Part shown: positions 59,341 to 64,000 of the stretch, piece after piece
Layout: every line of letters starts with the position of its first letter
Position numbering within the stretch: position 1 is the stretch's first letter
Source: Escherichia coli
Lineage (GTDB): Bacteria; Pseudomonadota; Gammaproteobacteria; Enterobacterales; Enterobacteriaceae
DNA: 64,000 bases
Assembly: GCF_009931435.1 (NCBI RefSeq)
Contig: NZ_CP043414.1
Strand: one strand, 5' to 3'
Program-made: the position numbers and the translations under genes
The notes under the pieces: model-generated
What the model was told of the DNA's origin: nothing
The model's database searches: none
What the model saw: the letters and a program-made list of their open reading frames with translations, nothing else

Positions 59341-59404
59341 GACAAAAGTTGAAAATACTTTTATGATTGTGATTTGACGTCTGGATGTTAACTGGGAAAT
59401 ACCT

Positions 59405-60403
59405 ATGGCTAAAACAGTAGAGCAGATAGCCAGCGACCTGAATTTATCGGTTACGACCGTGCGACTGGTGCTAAATGGAAAAGCGGAACAATATCGAATC
59501 AGCGTCAAAACCCAAACGCGTATCAATGAATATGTTGAACGCTATGGTTATATCATTAATCATTCCGCTCGCAGCCTTAAGCTTAACAAAACTGATACAT
59601 TAGGGTTGATTGTTCCCAACATATCCAACGTCTTTTTTGCTACGCTGGCAGAAAAACTCGAACAACGCTGTCGACGTTCCGGATATCAACTTACAATCAG
59701 TTGCACTTATGATGATGTTGACTATGAAAATAAATTGACGAAAGCATTTATCGCACGAAATGTAGATGGTCTTTTTATTGTTCCTTCGACGCTGGAAAAT
59801 CAGCAGCATCATTTACGCAAAATTCGTAAGCCAATGGTTTTACTCGATCGTGATTTTAAATATACCGATAACGCATTGGTAGAGAGTAATAATATTTCTG
59901 GCGGAGAAAAGCTGACGCAAAATATTCTTGAGGCCGGGCAGGCTCCAGTATGGTTTTTGCTGGGAGATGCCGGTTTGCCGAGTATCAGCGATCGTCTGAC
60001 AGGTTATTTGAATGCGTTGGCAAAAAAAGGGATTACCCATCGCGATTGGGTGCGGGAAGGTCCGGTAAATACTCCGGAAGGCGGCTATGTCATTATGGAA
60101 AAACTCATTGAAGAGCAGGGATGTCCGCAGGCATTTATCGCCTCGTCTTTACCTGTGCTTGAAGGCGCTGTCCGCGCGATTCGCGACCGTCTTGGCGCTG
60201 TACCGCCAGAAATCAATATTGGCACTTTCGATGAACATCCTATGCTGGGATTTCTCGCCAACAATGTCTGGTCAATGCAGCAGGATGAAAATGCCTGGGC
60301 AGAAAAAGCGTTCGAAATGATGTTAAGCGCGATCGAAGAAAGACCAGTAAAAAAAACAGTTAAAGTAGAAATGAAATTAATTAAGCGCATAAGAAAAAAA
60401 TAA
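59405..60403 (+). CDS. LacI-family transcriptional regulator
   Basis: 332 aa; N-terminal HTH TVEQIASDLNLSVTTVRLVLNG; periplasmic-binding-like effector domain; AT-rich codon usage by eye. Confidence 0.85.
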   Translation: MAKTVEQIASDLNLSVTTVRLVLNGKAEQYRISVKTQTRINEYVERYGYIINHSARSLKLNKTDTLGLIVPNISNVFFATLAEKLEQRCRRSGYQLTISCTYDDVDYENKLTKAFIARNVDGLFIVPSTLENQQHHLRKIRKPMVLLDRDFKYTDNALVESNNISGGEKLTQNILEAGQAPVWFLLGDAGLPSISDRLTGYLNALAKKGITHRDWVREGPVNTPEGGYVIMEKLIEEQGCPQAFIASSLPVLEGAVRAIRDRLGAVPPEINIGTFDEHPMLGFLANNVWSMQQDENAWAEKAFEMMLSAIEERPVKKTVKVEMKLIKRIRKK

Positions 60404-60535
60404 TAATCGCCAAAAGATATCAGGCTACTGAACAATGATATTCAGTGGCCTCCCCTTACTAAAAATAACCCCGTCTTCATTTGCGGTGCTGTTTTACGCA
60501 ACAAGGCGAGCTGAAACTGTATCTGGAGAATAGAA

Positions 60536-61183
60536 ATGGAAAGAACACGTTTATCCCGTGAAATAATTGAAACCTGTCTGGAAATGACGCGCCTTGGGTT
60601 AAATCAGGGGACAGCGGGGAATGTCAGCACACGTTTTGAAAACGGCATGTTGATTACTCCCAGCGGTATTCCTTATGAAAGAATGACGGAGAATATGATT
60701 GTCTATGTTGATGGCAACGGCAAATACGAAGAAGGTAAGATTCCTTCCAGCGAATGGCGTTTCCATATGGCGGCCTATCAAAGCAGACCGGATGCCAACG
60801 CGGTTGTTCACAATCATGCCGTTCATTGCACGGCAGTTTCCATTCTTAACCGACCGATCCCTGCTATTCACTACATGATTGCGGCGGCTGGCGGTAATTC
60901 TATTCCTTGCGCGCCTTATGCGACCTTTGGAACTCGGGAACTTTCTGAACATGTTGCGCTGGCTCTCAAAAATCGTAAGGCAACTTTGTTACAACATCAT
61001 GGGCTTATCGCTTGTGAGGTGAATCTGGAGAAAGCGTTATGGCTGGCGCATGAAGTTGAAGTGCTGGCGCAACTTTACCTGACGACCCTGGCGATTACGG
61101 ACCCGGTGCCAGTGCTGAGCGATGAAGAGATTGCCGTAGTGCTGGAGAAATTCAAAACCTACGGGTTACGGATTGAAGAGTAA
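60536..61183 (+). CDS. fucA: L-fuculose-1-phosphate aldolase (class II aldolase)
   Basis: 215 aa; C-terminal two-thirds match FucA as I recall it, N-terminal ~68 residues appear diverged. Confidence 0.85.
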   Translation: MERTRLSREIIETCLEMTRLGLNQGTAGNVSTRFENGMLITPSGIPYERMTENMIVYVDGNGKYEEGKIPSSEWRFHMAAYQSRPDANAVVHNHAVHCTAVSILNRPIPAIHYMIAAAGGNSIPCAPYATFGTRELSEHVALALKNRKATLLQHHGLIACEVNLEKALWLAHEVEVLAQLYLTTLAITDPVPVLSDEEIAVVLEKFKTYGLRIEE

Positions 61184-61210
61184 TTTCGTAAAGCAACAAG
61201 GAGAAGGATG

Positions 61211-62359
61211 ATGGCTAACAGAATGATTCTGAACGAAACGGCATGGTTTGGTCGGGGGGCTGTTGGAGCTTTAACCGATGAGGTGAAACGCCGTGGTTAT
61301 CAGAAGGCACTGATCGTCACCGATAAAACGCTGGTGCAATGCGGCGTGGTGGCGAAAGTGACCGATAAGATGGATGCTGCAGGGCTGGCATGGGCGATTT
61401 ACGATGGTGTAGTGCCCAACCCGACAATTACTGTCGTCAAAGAAGGGCTTGGTGTATTCCAGAGTAGCGGTGCGGATTACCTGATCGCTATTGGTGGTGG
61501 TTCTCCACAGGACACGTGTAAAGCGATTGGCATCATCAGCAACAACCCGGAATTCGCCGATGTGCGCAGTCTGGAAGGGCTTTCCCCGACCAATAAACCC
61601 AGTGTACCGATTCTGGCAATCCCCACCACAGCAGGCACTGCGGCAGAAGTGACCATTAACTATGTGATCACTGACGAAGAAAAACGACGCAAGTTCGTTT
61701 GTGTTGATCCGCATGATATCCCGCAGGTGGCATTTATTGACGCTGACATGATGGATGGTATGCCGCCTGCGCTGAAAGCCGCGACGGGTGTCGATGCGCT
61801 CACTCATGCTATTGAGGGGTATATTACCCGTGGCGCGTGGGCGCTAACCGATGCACTGCACATTAAAGCGATTGAAATCATTGCTGGGGCGCTGCGAGGA
61901 TCGGTTGCTGGTGATAAGGATGCCGGAGAAGAAATGGCGCTCGGGCAGTATGTTGCGGGTATGGGCTTCTCGAATGTTGGGTTAGGGTTGGTGCATGGTA
62001 TGGCGCATCCACTGGGCGCGTTTTATAACACGCCACACGGTGTTGCGAACGCCATCCTGTTACCGCATGTCATGCGCTATAACGCTGACTTTACCGGTGA
62101 GAAGTACCGCGATATCGCGCGCGTTATGGGCGTGAAAGTGGAAGGTATGAGCCTGGAAGAGGCGCGTAATGCCGCTGTTGAAGCGGTATTTGCTCTCAAC
62201 CGTGATGTCGGTATTCCGCCACATTTGCGTGATGTTGGTGTACGCAAGGAAGACATTCCGGCACTGGCGCAGGCGGCTCTGGACGATGTTTGTACCGGTG
62301 GCAACCCGCGTGAAGCAACGCTTGAGGATATTGTAGCGCTTTACCATACCGCCTGGTAA
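61211..62359 (+). CDS. fucO: L-1,2-propanediol oxidoreductase (lactaldehyde reductase), iron-containing ADH
   Basis: 382 aa from the ATG at 61211 (an ATG at 61208 is also possible); recognised sequence. Confidence 0.9.
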   Translation: MANRMILNETAWFGRGAVGALTDEVKRRGYQKALIVTDKTLVQCGVVAKVTDKMDAAGLAWAIYDGVVPNPTITVVKEGLGVFQSSGADYLIAIGGGSPQDTCKAIGIISNNPEFADVRSLEGLSPTNKPSVPILAIPTTAGTAAEVTINYVITDEEKRRKFVCVDPHDIPQVAFIDADMMDGMPPALKAATGVDALTHAIEGYITRGAWALTDALHIKAIEIIAGALRGSVAGDKDAGEEMALGQYVAGMGFSNVGLGLVHGMAHPLGAFYNTPHGVANAILLPHVMRYNADFTGEKYRDIARVMGVKVEGMSLEEARNAAVEAVFALNRDVGIPPHLRDVGVRKEDIPALAQAALDDVCTGGNPREATLEDIVALYHTAW

Positions 62360-62375
62360 TTGCGCTGATGTGACG

Positions 62376-62408
62376 ATGCCGGATGCGACGTTTGCGCCGT
62401 ATCCGGCA
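62376..62408. repeat. REP-like palindrome between fucO and xni
   Basis: gccggatgcgacgtttgcgccgtatccggc. Confidence 0.5.
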
Positions 62409-62413
62409 CGCCG

Positions 62414-63280
<867 letters not shown>

Positions 63281-64000
63281 TTAATCGCAGGCAACGATCT
63301 TCATCGCCAGGCCACCACGAGAGGTTTCGCGGTACTTGGCATTCATATCTTTACCTGTTTCGTACATGGTTTCGATAACTTTATCGAGGCAGACACGTGG
63401 TTCGCTGGTACGGCGTAGCGCCATACGTGCAGCGTTCACCGCTTTTACTGCCGCAATGGCGTTACGCTCAATGCACGGTACCTGAACTTGTCCAGCAACC
63501 GGGTCACAAGTCAGACCGAGGTTGTGTTCCATGGCGATTTCCGCCGCGATGCACACCTGCGCCGGGCTTGCGCCTAACAGTTCTGCCAGACCAGCTGCCG
63601 CCATAGAGCACGCCACGCCAACTTCACCCTGGCAACCCACTTCAGCACCAGAAATCGAGGCGTTCATTTTATAAAGAGAGCCAATGGCGCTGGCAACCAG
63701 CAGGTAACGAGCCAGTGAGTTAGCGTTCACTTCGCGGATAAACTTGTCGTAGTACGCCAGCACTGCCGGGATAATCCCGCACGCACCGTTAGTCGGCGCA
63801 GTCACCACGCGACCGCCCGCAGCGTTCTCTTCGTTCACTGCCAGTGCGAACATGTTGATCCAATCAACAACCGCCATCGGGTCAGTGGTGGTTTTATCCT
63901 GGCTGACCAGCATCCGGCGCAGTGCCGCAGCGCGGCGTGGAACGCGCAGTTTGCCTGGCAACACGCCTTCGGTGGCAATACCGCGCTCAATACCGCCACG
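63281..64000 (-). CDS. sdaB: L-serine dehydratase (3' portion; gene continues beyond window end)
   Basis: C-terminal region ends ...[11 protein letters not shown]; the frame stays open to the window edge; an sdaA/sdaB paralog call rests on synteny with xni-fucO. Confidence 0.8.
   Translation of the reverse strand, partial: RGGIERGIATEGVLPGKLRVPRRAAALRRMLVSQDKTTTDPMAVVDWINMFALAVNEENAAGGRVVTAPTNGACGIIPAVLAYYDKFIREVNANSLARYLLVASAIGSLYKMNASISGAEVGCQGEVGVACSMAAAGLAELLGASPAQVCIAAEIAMEHNLGLTCDPVAGQVQVPCIERNAIAAVKAVNAARMALRRTSEPRVCLDKVIETMYETGKDMNAKYRETSRGGLAMKIVACD

Larger units (their letters stand above)
53727..60740. other. Non-backbone cassette occupying the position expected for fucP (ABC transporter, FGGY kinase, LacI regulator, plus an apparently diverged fucA 5' end)
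   Basis: No MFS permease ORF on either strand between fucI and fucA; five plus-strand genes instead; parts look AT-rich by eye. Confidence 0.6.

Overview
The window reads as an Escherichia coli-type chromosomal segment running araE to sdaB, which by my recollection is the K-12 63-64 min region in reverse-complement orientation. About 55 core genes are recognisable from the ORF translations and synteny: araE (3' part), ygeA, lysR/lysA, galR, the tandem sRNAs omrB-omrA, aas-lplT, tas, ygdR, ygdQ, mutH, a DnaA-box-rich mutH-rppH intergenic region (DARS2-like), rppH-ptsP, lgt-thyA, ppdA-ppdB-ygdB-ppdC-recC, ptrA, recB-recD, argA, amiC, three tandem initiator tRNA-fMet genes, mltA, tcdA, csdE-csdA, ygdI, gcvB/gcvA, ygdD-rlmM, fucR-fucU-fucK-fucI, fucA-fucO, xni and sdaB (partial). 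Three segments are not explained by that backbone. (1) A ~6.8 kb cassette sits where fucP is expected between fucI and fucA: an RbsABC-like sugar ABC transporter, an FGGY pentulose-type kinase and a LacI-family regulator, with two identical 16-bp perfect palindromes in the divergent promoter region and a fucA 5' end that appears mosaic. (2) A ~5.5 kb AT-rich islet lies between amiC and the tRNA-fMet cluster: a BglG-type antiterminator with a RAT/terminator leader, a glucose-family PTS EIICB, a MalY-like C-S lyase, a CBS-less single-SIS arabinose-5-phosphate-isomerase-like protein and a 2-hydroxyacid dehydrogenase. (3) A 1.7 kb gene for a DUF4139/DUF4140 lipoprotein lies between lplT and tas. 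No CRISPR array, IS element, integrase or rRNA was seen. Everything is from reading the sequence and ORF track; no database search or GC computation was run, and comparisons to K-12, CFT073 or E. coli B are from memory.
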